Under the pieces are notes generated by a model. The model saw nothing but the letters and a program-made list of their open reading frames with translations. It searched no databases and had not been told where the DNA came from. The position numbers were made by a program, and so were the translations under genes. This document shows, one piece after another, positions 38,256-46,416 of a DNA stretch of 64,000 nt. The DNA is from Anaerohalosphaeraceae bacterium. GTDB taxonomy: Bacteria > Planctomycetota > Phycisphaerae > Sedimentisphaerales > Anaerohalosphaeraceae. The stretch covers positions 3,056 to 67,055 of the forward strand of contig JAWRKM010000054.1 in assembly GCA_040306945.1 (NCBI GenBank), in the 5' to 3' direction. The stretch's first letter is position 1; every line of letters starts with the position of its first letter.

Positions 38256-39053
38256 ATGATTTCATACAAAACCATTTTCAATCAATTAAACAGGACAGCA
38301 CTGATCCCCTTTTTTGTACTCGGCGATCCGGACGAAAAAACCAGTCTGGATTTAATTAAAACAGCCATTGACGTGGGAGCGGATATTCTTGAGCTGGGAA
38401 TTCCCTTTTCAGACCCCATTGCCGACGGCCCGACTATCCAGAAAGCCGATATTCGAGCTTTACAGGCAGGCATGACACCCCGCAAAGCCCTCGATTTGAT
38501 CGCTCAAATCACCGCTTATAAAGCCATCCCTATAGGATTACTGGTTTACTATAACCTGATTTACCATTATGGTGTGGAGGCGTTTTTCAAAGACTTCAAA
38601 CAGGCCGGCGGGACCAGTGTCCTGGTCGCAGACATCAGCATTGATGATGCTGACGAAATCACCCCTGCCGCCCTGTCTGCAGGACTGGAAACCGTTTTTA
38701 TGGTAACCCCCAATACCCCCGATCACCGACTGCAGCAAATTGCAGACAAAACCACCGGATTTATCTATACCGTCTCCCTGCTGGGCACAACCGGACAGCG
38801 GAATACCTTGTCCGGTGCAGTCAGGCCTCTTGTTGCCAAACTCAAGGCCATCACGGATAAACCGATTTGTGTCGGCTTCGGCATCAGTTCCGCCGACCAT
38901 GCCGCTCAGGTTGCTTCGGCCGGGGCCGACGGCGTGATTATCGGCTCCCGCGTGGTGAAAATTATCGAAGACAACCTTGACAATCCTCAGACTATGAAAC
39001 ATCAGGTTGCAGCGTTTATCGCTTCGGTTCAGACAGCACTCCAAAAAGCATAA
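38256..39053 (+). CDS. trpA: Tryptophan synthase alpha subunit
   Basis: ELGIPFSDPIADGPTIQ, GTTG, VGFGIS, GADGVIIGS. Confidence 0.96.
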   Translation: MISYKTIFNQLNRTALIPFFVLGDPDEKTSLDLIKTAIDVGADILELGIPFSDPIADGPTIQKADIRALQAGMTPRKALDLIAQITAYKAIPIGLLVYYNLIYHYGVEAFFKDFKQAGGTSVLVADISIDDADEITPAALSAGLETVFMVTPNTPDHRLQQIADKTTGFIYTVSLLGTTGQRNTLSGAVRPLVAKLKAITDKPICVGFGISSADHAAQVASAGADGVIIGSRVVKIIEDNLDNPQTMKHQVAAFIASVQTALQKA

Positions 39054-39075
39054 ACCCAAAACCCTCTTTCATCCC

Positions 39076-39114
39076 AATAAAAAACGGCCGCCTCAGCAGT
39101 CCTGGGCGGCCGTT
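39076..39114 (-). terminator. GC-rich hairpin between convergent trpA and the Arg-rich gene
   Basis: AACGGCCGCC/GGCGGCCGTT stem with an A-run on its left, which is the U-tract for the minus strand. Confidence 0.8.
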
Positions 39115-39135
39115 GGTGTGATGCCTTGTTCAGCC

Positions 39136-39480
39136 TTAAACGTGAACCGGCTGCTCCTTATCCTGTTTGCGAAAGGATTCCAGGGATTGCGGTTCTGCAA
39201 CCTTGCGATAGCCCAGCGCCTTGATCACTTCCAGCACTTCTGTCCAGGCGGGAAAGGGACGCTGGTTGGCCCGTTTATACTGGTCAATGGCCATCAGAAA
39301 TTCGAACTGTTCTTCCGTCATTTCGCCTTCTTCGGCACTGCGTCGCTCTTCGGTCCGACGATGACCAGGACCTCTGCGACGATCCAGCCCAAGACGGCGA
39401 TCCACTACATTTTTCCTGCGTTCAATAAATCCGCGACGTTCTTCCTGATCGCCGGTCGTCGTGTTTTTTTGTTCTGTCAT
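39136..39480 (-). CDS. Hypothetical protein with six (E/D/H)RR repeats and a small C-terminal helical domain
   Basis: EERR-IERR-VDRR-LDRR-GHRR-EERR followed by EMTEEQFEFLMAIDQYK...FPAWTEVLEVIKALGYRK. Confidence 0.8.
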   Translation of the reverse strand: MTEQKNTTTGDQEERRGFIERRKNVVDRRLGLDRRRGPGHRRTEERRSAEEGEMTEEQFEFLMAIDQYKRANQRPFPAWTEVLEVIKALGYRKVAEPQSLESFRKQDKEQPVHV

Positions 39481-39521
39481 TCTGCACCCGTAGTTAAAGG
39501 TTCCTGATTTTCAAAAACGTA

Positions 39522-39833
39522 TTAGTCTTCATCATCCCACTGTTCACTGGTCTGGCTATCGGAACCAAAGACCATATCAAAGAAATCATCACAGGCAGCC
39601 TGGCGAGCCAGAAACGTATACGCCTGTTCAAGAAACTCCTCCGGCACCATGACGGCAACCTCAGCCATAGGCATCTTTTTTGTGTCCGAAAGCGGCTCAA
39701 TCGCCGCCGGAATGCTGTTTTCAAGTAACTGTCGCTTATATTGTTCAGCCAGCTCCATATCTTCGGCAAACGCCACCGTGACTAAATTTTTGAGGTCCGG
39801 CGGGGTCTCCAGCAGTTTTTTGGGTCTTCCCAT
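39522..39833 (-). CDS. DUF2007-like (putative signal-transducing) small protein with acidic tail
   Basis: LVTVAFAED...LAEQYKRQLLENSIPA...VAVMVPEEFLEQA fits the DUF2007 pattern; ends SEQWDDED. Start placed at MGRPKK. Confidence 0.65.
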   Translation of the reverse strand: MGRPKKLLETPPDLKNLVTVAFAEDMELAEQYKRQLLENSIPAAIEPLSDTKKMPMAEVAVMVPEEFLEQAYTFLARQAACDDFFDMVFGSDSQTSEQWDDED

Positions 39834-40141
39834 AATCCAGCCTTTCTTGACTTCTGAGGCCTCAATACAACGCATCAGACGCAGGTTGTTTCGGTCATTT
39901 CGGGGAACGAGTTAACGTGAAACAGGCTTGCGGAATCAAAATTCACGGGCAAAACACCAAAAACAGCTTCGCAAAATTCATACTTTGCGGTTATACGGCC
40001 TCCGAATGCAAAATTTTGTGTTTTTTTCAAATTTTTTTGTTGCTTTTCACCGTCAAGATTTACAAAATACCCACGAGGATTGCGTTTTACGCCTAAATCA
40101 GGCGATATTATTGGAACCACTTAACATGGAGGTAAACACAA

Positions 40142-40357
40142 ATGGCAAAGAAGAAAGCCGCAGCAAAGAGCGCCAAGAAAGAAAAAGAAATGCTGATCGT
40201 CGCCAGCAAAGTCAAGGCCTATGTCAAAAGCAAAGGCATGATGACCTCTTCGGAAGCACTCCCGGCGCTGAATGATTGCATCTACGCGATGCTGGATGCC
40301 GCTCTGGCTCGCACTGAAGCCAACAAACGCAGCACGCTGAAACCCCAGGACCTCTAA
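40142..40357 (+). CDS. Bacterial histone-fold protein with Lys/Ala-rich N-terminal tail
   Basis: SD GGAGG. The core LIVASKVKAYVKSKG-MMTSSEA...A..RTEANKRSTLKPQDL has the histone RxTxxxxD motif and resembles the Bdellovibrio histone Bd0055/HBb (LVVTSKVKKLIKEKG...RKTVMARD). Confidence 0.85.
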   Translation: MAKKKAAAKSAKKEKEMLIVASKVKAYVKSKGMMTSSEALPALNDCIYAMLDAALARTEANKRSTLKPQDL

Positions 40358-40409
40358 TTGGGGATTCGACGACCCTGCCTTGAGTGGCTCGTCAGACATG
40401 ACTCAACAG

Positions 40410-40444
40410 AAAAAGACCGTTTCAAAAGAAACGGTCTTTTTTTT
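40410..40444. terminator. Strong (bidirectional-type) intrinsic terminator after the histone gene
   Basis: AAAAAGACCGTTTC-AAAA-GAAACGGTCTTTTT followed by further T. Confidence 0.9.
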
Positions 40445-40472
40445 CTAAAAGAACTTCACCACAGCAAAGCCT

Positions 40473-40502
40473 TAATGTATATATAATATTATATATACAT
40501 TA
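40473..40502. repeat. Perfect 30-bp spacerless AT-rich palindrome
   Basis: TAATGTATATATAAT followed immediately by its exact reverse complement ATTATATATACATTA. Confidence 0.95.
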
Positions 40503-40701
40503 CCTTTTAATATAGAATTTACTTCTCTTGCTCTGATTCAATCATTTCGTATTTTTTCATAAAAAATTTATAGACGCTTCATCAAACCATCTTTATAATA
40601 ATAGAATTAAAAATAAAGATGACATTTTATGTCTTAAGCTCTGGCTGAAAAATGGAATTTTCACATAAACATAAAGCATTGAGGCGAATCGGGGTTAAGC
40701 T

Positions 40702-42054
40702 ATGAAAGTGTTCATGCTCGGCTGGGAGTTTCCACCGTTTATCAGCGGTGGCCTTGGAACAGCTTGTCACGGATTGACTAGGGCGATGAGCGATCTGGGC
40801 GTGGAAGTTGTCTTCGTTCTTCCAAAACCATTTCAGCAAACCGCGAGCAACCATGTACGCATGCTGACGCCTTTGCAGGTCAAACCGCAAACGGGAACAT
40901 CCACCCAAATTGCAACCAGTTTTACTCAAAAAGAGCTCAAACATGTAACATTCCATGCCATTAACTCGGCTCTGCAGCCCTATGCTACACCACAGATGTA
41001 TCAGCAGCAAATTGAACAGCTCATCCATCAGAAGGTCACGCAGGAGCAGCTCAAAGCCATCGGCGGTATGGATGAGATCTGTCACTGGCTCAGCCAGGAA
41101 CCCACGGTCATGGGACAGCCCGGCAATTACAGCGGCGATATGTACACCGAAGTCCATCGCTATGCTGCCTCGGCCGTTCGGCTGGCCATGCAGGAACAAT
41201 TTGATGTCATTCATGCTCACGACTGGATGACTTATCCGGCCGGCATTGCCGTTGCCGCATTCACCGGAAAACCCCTGGTTATCCATGTCCACTCGACGGA
41301 ATATGACCGCAGCGGCGAGCATGTCAATCCGATGATTTACGATATCGAACGCCGGGGAATGCACGCCGCCCGGAAGATTATTGCCGTAAGCCACATGACC
41401 CGAAATATCATTTTGGCTCGTTATGGCATTACCGGGGACAAGGTAGAAGTTGTCTACAATGGTGTCGAACGCAACGGAGACGCCTCGCAATACAACAAAA
41501 TGGGCATTCGCAGCGACGAAAAGATCGTCCTGTTCCTCGGACGCATTACCATGCAGAAAGGTCCGGAATATTTTCTGATGTCTGCTCGTAAAGTCCTTGA
41601 GGTCATGGATAATGTCAAGTTCGTCATGGCCGGTTCCGGCGATATGATGCACCGAATGATCGAAATGGCCGCACAAATGGGCATCGGTGACAAAGTCTTG
41701 TTTACCGGTTTCCTCCACGGCAAAGACGTCCAGAAAGTCTTCCAGATGGCTGATCTGTATGTCATGCCCTCCGTATCGGAGCCTTTTGGAATTGCTCCAC
41801 TGGAAGCCCTCAATTATGATGTGCCCGTGCTCATCAGCAAGCAAAGTGGTGTCGCTGAAGTGCTGCATCACGTATTAAAGGTTGATTTCTGGGACATCAA
41901 CGAAATGGCCAACAAGATTATCGCAGTGCTCAAATATCCCCCCCTGCAGCTGACCCTGCGTGAGCACGGCAATTTCGAGGTTCGCAAGCTGCGATGGTCC
42001 GATGCCGCGAGGAAATGTATAAAAGTCTATCAGGAAATGACGCAGGGCGCTTAA
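40702..42054 (+). CDS. GT4-family glycosyltransferase (glycogen synthase-like)
   Basis: MLGWEFPPFISGGLG, IHAHDWMT, FLGRITMQKGPEYF, MPSVSEPFGIAPLEA. Confidence 0.9.
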   Translation: MKVFMLGWEFPPFISGGLGTACHGLTRAMSDLGVEVVFVLPKPFQQTASNHVRMLTPLQVKPQTGTSTQIATSFTQKELKHVTFHAINSALQPYATPQMYQQQIEQLIHQKVTQEQLKAIGGMDEICHWLSQEPTVMGQPGNYSGDMYTEVHRYAASAVRLAMQEQFDVIHAHDWMTYPAGIAVAAFTGKPLVIHVHSTEYDRSGEHVNPMIYDIERRGMHAARKIIAVSHMTRNIILARYGITGDKVEVVYNGVERNGDASQYNKMGIRSDEKIVLFLGRITMQKGPEYFLMSARKVLEVMDNVKFVMAGSGDMMHRMIEMAAQMGIGDKVLFTGFLHGKDVQKVFQMADLYVMPSVSEPFGIAPLEALNYDVPVLISKQSGVAEVLHHVLKVDFWDINEMANKIIAVLKYPPLQLTLREHGNFEVRKLRWSDAARKCIKVYQEMTQGA

Positions 42055-42081
42055 TCGCTTTGCTGAACAATAAGGATTGTT

Positions 42082-43299
42082 ATGCCGTCGGTTTGTTTCT
42101 ACTTTCAAGTTCATCAGCCTTTTCGACTCAGACATTATACGGTATTCGATAAAACACCGAATTATTTCGATGATTTTCGTAATGCATCTATCTGTCGTAA
42201 AGTAGCCAATAAATGTTATTTGCCTACCAACCGGCTCTTGCTGGACATCATCCGTCGGTACGAAGGACGGTTTAAAATCGCTTTCAGCCTGACCGGAGTG
42301 GTGCTTGAACAATTTCAGCAGTTTTGTCCTGAGGTCATGAGTACCTTTGATGCCCTGGCACAGACCGGCTGTGTGGAATTTCTGGCGGAAACCTATTATC
42401 ATAGCCTCAGTTTTCTGTACTCCCGCCAGGAATTCATTGAGCAGGTCAACATGCAGATGCAGTTGATCCAAAAACTGTTCGGACAGACACCCCGGGTCTT
42501 TCGCAATACCGAGCTGATTTACAACAATCAGCTTGCCGAGACTATTGAGGCCATGGGGAAATTTGATGCCGTAATCACTGAAGGTGCCGACCATGTCCTG
42601 GGCCATCGCAACAGCAATTTTGTCTATCGCCCGCCGAACTGCAGGCATCTCAAGCTGCTGCTGAAAAATTATTCGCTCAGTGACGATATCGCATTTCGAT
42701 TCAGTAACCGCCAGTGGAATGAATATCCCCTGATGGCCAACAAATTTGCATCGTGGGTCAACCGCATCAACGGCAACGGTCAGGTCGTCAATCTCTTTAT
42801 GGACTACGAAACCTTCGGTGAGCACCAGTGGCAGGATACCGGGATATTCGATTTCATGGCCCATCTGCCCCGGGAAGTCCTCAGTCATCAGGACAATGAT
42901 TTCAAGACACCCAGTGAAGTGGCAGATACCTACCCGGCTATGGACGTCGTCGATGTCCCGCATATCATCAGTTGGGCTGATACCGAACGGGATTTGTCAG
43001 CCTGGCTTGGCAACGCCATGCAGTCCAATGCCCTCCATGAGGTCTATCGTCTCGAAAAGATGGTCAAGCAGACACGGGACGATCAGCTTCTGGCAGACTG
43101 GAGAAAGCTGCAAACCTCGGATCATTTTTATTATATGTGCACCAAATACTTTGCCGACGGTGATGTGCACAAGTATTTCAACCCCTATGATTCGCCATAC
43201 GATTCCTATATCAATTATATGAACGTCCTGAATAATCTCAAGGCTCGCTGTGAACAAGCCTTGCCGGGTCAGACGGCACAAAAGGATTCATCTCAATAG
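42082..43299 (+). CDS. GH57-family alpha-amylase
   Basis: YFQVHQP (CSR1), ETYYHSL, FRNTELIY (catalytic Glu), SDDIAFRF (catalytic Asp), SWADTERDLSAWLGN. Confidence 0.92.
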   Translation: MPSVCFYFQVHQPFRLRHYTVFDKTPNYFDDFRNASICRKVANKCYLPTNRLLLDIIRRYEGRFKIAFSLTGVVLEQFQQFCPEVMSTFDALAQTGCVEFLAETYYHSLSFLYSRQEFIEQVNMQMQLIQKLFGQTPRVFRNTELIYNNQLAETIEAMGKFDAVITEGADHVLGHRNSNFVYRPPNCRHLKLLLKNYSLSDDIAFRFSNRQWNEYPLMANKFASWVNRINGNGQVVNLFMDYETFGEHQWQDTGIFDFMAHLPREVLSHQDNDFKTPSEVADTYPAMDVVDVPHIISWADTERDLSAWLGNAMQSNALHEVYRLEKMVKQTRDDQLLADWRKLQTSDHFYYMCTKYFADGDVHKYFNPYDSPYDSYINYMNVLNNLKARCEQALPGQTAQKDSSQ

Positions 43300-43336
43300 C
43301 GACAAGGGTTGACCCGTGAACCGAGTTTCTGAATTT

Positions 43337-45364
43337 ATGGCTCATACCAACAAACACCTGCAAGGGACGACGATTCAGTTTAACCTTAAAAACGCTCCAC
43401 TGGAGCTTTTAGTGGAGCGAGAATGGCTGCTGACCAACAGTCGGGCTGGCTTTTCAAGCAGCACCCTGGCCGGCTGCAATACCCGCCGCTATCACGCCCT
43501 GCTGATTGGGTCCCGTACTCCCCCGGCCAACCGCATTAAAGCCCTGGCGACCTGCCTGGAAACCTTGCTTCGAAGCAACGGCCAGGAATTTTCTTTTAGT
43601 TGTTTTGAGTTCGATAAGGCATTTCACCCCCAGGGATATCAATATCTGACCGCATTTCGAAAAGATATCGGCGTTCACTGGGATTACCGTATGGGGTTTG
43701 CCGCATTGACCCGGTCTTTATACCTTCTGCCTGACAGCGACACGATAGCGTTGAGCTATCATTTTACCGAAGTCAAAGAGCCATTTGATTTTTCCATCAG
43801 GCCGTTTGCCTCCATGCAAGACTTTCATAGCCTCCAGAATGAATCTTCCCATCTTTATTCCCTGTGGAATGACCAGGAAATCATTGTTCAAAATGACAGT
43901 CCCCATCATGGTAAGCTGCTGTTGTATTGTGATTCAACTCGGTTTGAACAGCAGCCCCAGTGGTGGCGACGGTTCTTCTATCGTCAGGAACAGCGTCGCG
44001 GGCAGGATTGCTTTGAAGACCTCTGGTCGCCGGGCATCTTTACACGGCGAATCGAAAAACCCTGCCGACTGACATTCTGGGCATCATTGGCCGATGAGAT
44101 GGAACCCAATAACAATCTGGATCAAATAGATCTTGATATTGTCATCGACAGTCTGTCGCTTAAGCACAAGGAGTGGCTCAAAAAAGCCGACACCACTGAA
44201 CCTGTCTGCAGCCAGCTGTTCATTTCCGCCGGCCAGTTTGTGGTGGAGCGAAATATCGGCGATCGCCCAACGCCAACAATCATTGCCGGTTATCCGTGGT
44301 TCCTTGACTGGGGCAGGGACACTTTTATTGCTCTGGAAGGTCTGTGCCTGTGTACTGGACAATATCTGACCGCTGCCGGCGTGCTGCAAACCTTTGCCAA
44401 AGCTGTCAGTGAAGGCATGATTCCGAACCGTTTTGACGATTATGGTCATGGCGCTCATTATAACAGCGTCGATGCATCACTGTGGTTTGTCCATGCCGCC
44501 TTTGCCTATTTACGAACTACCGACGATCGCCAGACATTCAGCGGCAAACTCCTTCCTGCCATTAAATGGATCGTAGACTCCTATCGGCGAGGAACACGCT
44601 TTGACATTCATGCCGATAAAGACAGCCTGATATCTGCCGGCAACGCCGATACCCAGCTGACCTGGATGGACGCTAAATGCAACGGGGTTGTATTTACACC
44701 CCGCTATGGCAAGGCCGTCGAAATTAACGCGCTGTGGTATAATGCCCTGCGGAATCTGGAATGGTATTATCAAGACAAAAATATTGAGCAGACCGCCTTC
44801 TATCACTCTCTGGCCGAAGAGGTTCACAAAAACTTTCCCAGGGTCTTCTGGAATGAAAAATACAATTGCCTGTTCGACTGTGTCCTGCCGGATGGCACCG
44901 AAGACACCAGTATTCGACCCAATCAAATCCTGGCCGTCAGCCTGCCCTATTCACCTTTGACCAGGTCGCAACAGCAAAAAGTCGTTCAAGTGGTGCAAGA
45001 CCATCTTCTGACCCCATACGGCCTGCGAAGTCTCAGCCCCACCGACAGCCGATATGCCCCACGTTACGAAGGCGGCCCCTACGAACGGGATTCAGCCTAT
45101 CACCAGGGAACCGTCTGGGCATGGCTGATCGGACCTTTTATCGAAGCCTATTTACGGATTAACAACTTCACGCCGGAAACCAAACGCCAGGCCAGTCTTT
45201 TTCTTGAACCGCTTCTGACGCATTTTATCGAGGATGGCTGTATCGGCAGTATCAGCGAGGTCTTTGACGGCGACCCGCCCCAGAAACCCAAAGGCTGCTT
45301 TGCCCAGGCATGGAGTGTTGCCGAAGTCCTGCGTGCCTGGATGCTGATTCATAAAGGCAAATAA
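43337..45364 (+). CDS. Glycogen debranching enzyme (amylo-alpha-1,6-glucosidase, GDE_N + GDE_C)
   Basis: REWLLTN...NTRRYHALL, IAGYPWFLDWGRDT, QLTWMDAK, RPNQILA, YHQGTVWAW, AQAWSVAE. A GTG start at 43316 is also possible. Confidence 0.92.
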   Translation: MAHTNKHLQGTTIQFNLKNAPLELLVEREWLLTNSRAGFSSSTLAGCNTRRYHALLIGSRTPPANRIKALATCLETLLRSNGQEFSFSCFEFDKAFHPQGYQYLTAFRKDIGVHWDYRMGFAALTRSLYLLPDSDTIALSYHFTEVKEPFDFSIRPFASMQDFHSLQNESSHLYSLWNDQEIIVQNDSPHHGKLLLYCDSTRFEQQPQWWRRFFYRQEQRRGQDCFEDLWSPGIFTRRIEKPCRLTFWASLADEMEPNNNLDQIDLDIVIDSLSLKHKEWLKKADTTEPVCSQLFISAGQFVVERNIGDRPTPTIIAGYPWFLDWGRDTFIALEGLCLCTGQYLTAAGVLQTFAKAVSEGMIPNRFDDYGHGAHYNSVDASLWFVHAAFAYLRTTDDRQTFSGKLLPAIKWIVDSYRRGTRFDIHADKDSLISAGNADTQLTWMDAKCNGVVFTPRYGKAVEINALWYNALRNLEWYYQDKNIEQTAFYHSLAEEVHKNFPRVFWNEKYNCLFDCVLPDGTEDTSIRPNQILAVSLPYSPLTRSQQQKVVQVVQDHLLTPYGLRSLSPTDSRYAPRYEGGPYERDSAYHQGTVWAWLIGPFIEAYLRINNFTPETKRQASLFLEPLLTHFIEDGCIGSISEVFDGDPPQKPKGCFAQAWSVAEVLRAWMLIHKGK

Positions 45365-45408
45365 TCTCTCGTGCAGTGGGCCTTTGCCGGATGGCTATGG
45401 AACTGACA

Positions 45409-46311
45409 TTAAGCCTCGGATGAATTACCTGTGGGGTGTTCTGGTATATTAGTATCACCGAACTGACGGTATTTTCGATCCATTAAAAAATAAATTTTCT
45501 TAAACACATCAGACGGCAGCCTTTTTCGCAGCATCGCTCGAGCCTGCCCCACAGAGGTTCGCTGGGTTAAATGAGTAATCACAATATACCGGTTATTCAT
45601 TCGCTCCAGCAGCGGCCCGAATTCATCAATATGCATATGACGACCGGCATCGGCCCGATCGGTATGTTCATCTTCAAAAAAAGTGCACTCCGCAATCAGA
45701 ATCTGGCTATTGGCAACATAGTCCAGTTGCGAAAAATCCACATATGAGGTGTCCCCTAGATACGTAACAATCGGAATTTCCAGCGGGCTGTCGATTGAAA
45801 CGCCTTTCTTTTTGAGTTGCACCAGCTGCGGCCCGCTGAGGTCATGATACTCCGGCCTGAGTTTTTTCCGTCGTTCAATCACACAAAAACCGATAGATTC
45901 CCGCGTGTGTTTGGTTGGAAATGCACGCACAAACAGATTGGGTTTAACCTTATATTCATCGCCCGGCCGCATCGGGACCAGTTGTGCCGGTATCCGGCTG
46001 CCATCCAGACGCCCCCAGGCCTGCAAAATCTGGTTCAGGGAATCGATCGTATTCGGCGGTGTCAACACCACCCCCGGGGTCATCTTCAAAAAATTCCGAT
46101 GCGACAGGTAATACGCTATCCCCGCCGCGTGATCCATGTGGCCATGCGTCAACAGGATGTTTTGAATCGGAATTATCTGGTCCGGTGCCTTGCCGATATC
46201 AAAGCACACATCCAATTGCGGCATCCCAATGACCGATTCCTCGCCGGCCACAGAATACCCCTGTAAATCAAGACCATCTAACGTTATCTGTGATAAATTA
46301 TGACTGGACAT
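45409..46311 (-). CDS. Metallo-beta-lactamase-fold nuclease, TM/plant-type tRNase Z-like
   Basis: QGYSVAGEES, THGHMDH, KKLRPEYHDLSGPQLVQLKKKG, LGDT, AECT, THL; SD GAGGTG. Confidence 0.75.
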   Translation of the reverse strand: MSSHNLSQITLDGLDLQGYSVAGEESVIGMPQLDVCFDIGKAPDQIIPIQNILLTHGHMDHAAGIAYYLSHRNFLKMTPGVVLTPPNTIDSLNQILQAWGRLDGSRIPAQLVPMRPGDEYKVKPNLFVRAFPTKHTRESIGFCVIERRKKLRPEYHDLSGPQLVQLKKKGVSIDSPLEIPIVTYLGDTSYVDFSQLDYVANSQILIAECTFFEDEHTDRADAGRHMHIDEFGPLLERMNNRYIVITHLTQRTSVGQARAMLRKRLPSDVFKKIYFLMDRKYRQFGDTNIPEHPTGNSSEA

Positions 46312-46339
46312 CTCACCTCTCAATAATAGTAATGGCCGC

Positions 46340-46368
46340 ATAGTAGGCCATCTTGCCTATCCTGTCAA
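46340..46368 (-). promoter_or_regulatory. Sigma70-type promoter of the tRNase Z-like gene
   Basis: Minus strand TTGACA-17 bp-TACTAT. Confidence 0.7.
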
Positions 46369-46381
46369 ATCTTTTTATGGC

Positions 46382-46410
46382 TTGCAGTTATCCCTGTTGT
46401 GGATTACCAT
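46382..46410 (+). promoter_or_regulatory. Sigma70-type promoter of the DUF434 gene (leaderless layout)
   Basis: TTGCAG-17 bp-TACCAT ending 6 nt before ATG 46417. Confidence 0.55.
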
Positions 46411-46416
46411 AAAACC

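Noticed and set aside
40358-40409. Structured 3' UTR of the histone gene; GGATTCGAC also recalls the tmRNA 5' end
   Set aside because: Only short alternative stems (TTGAGT/ACTCAA, GACGA/TCGTC) are present. There is no tmRNA acceptor stem or tag ORF and no match to the metazoan histone stem-loop.
40472-40495. Resemblance of TAATGTATAT to the dif core
   Set aside because: The right arm is TATAATATT rather than TTATGTTAAA; it is better explained as part of the 30-bp palindrome.
40627-41871. 414-aa minus-strand ORF
   Set aside because: It is the antisense shadow of the GT4 gene.
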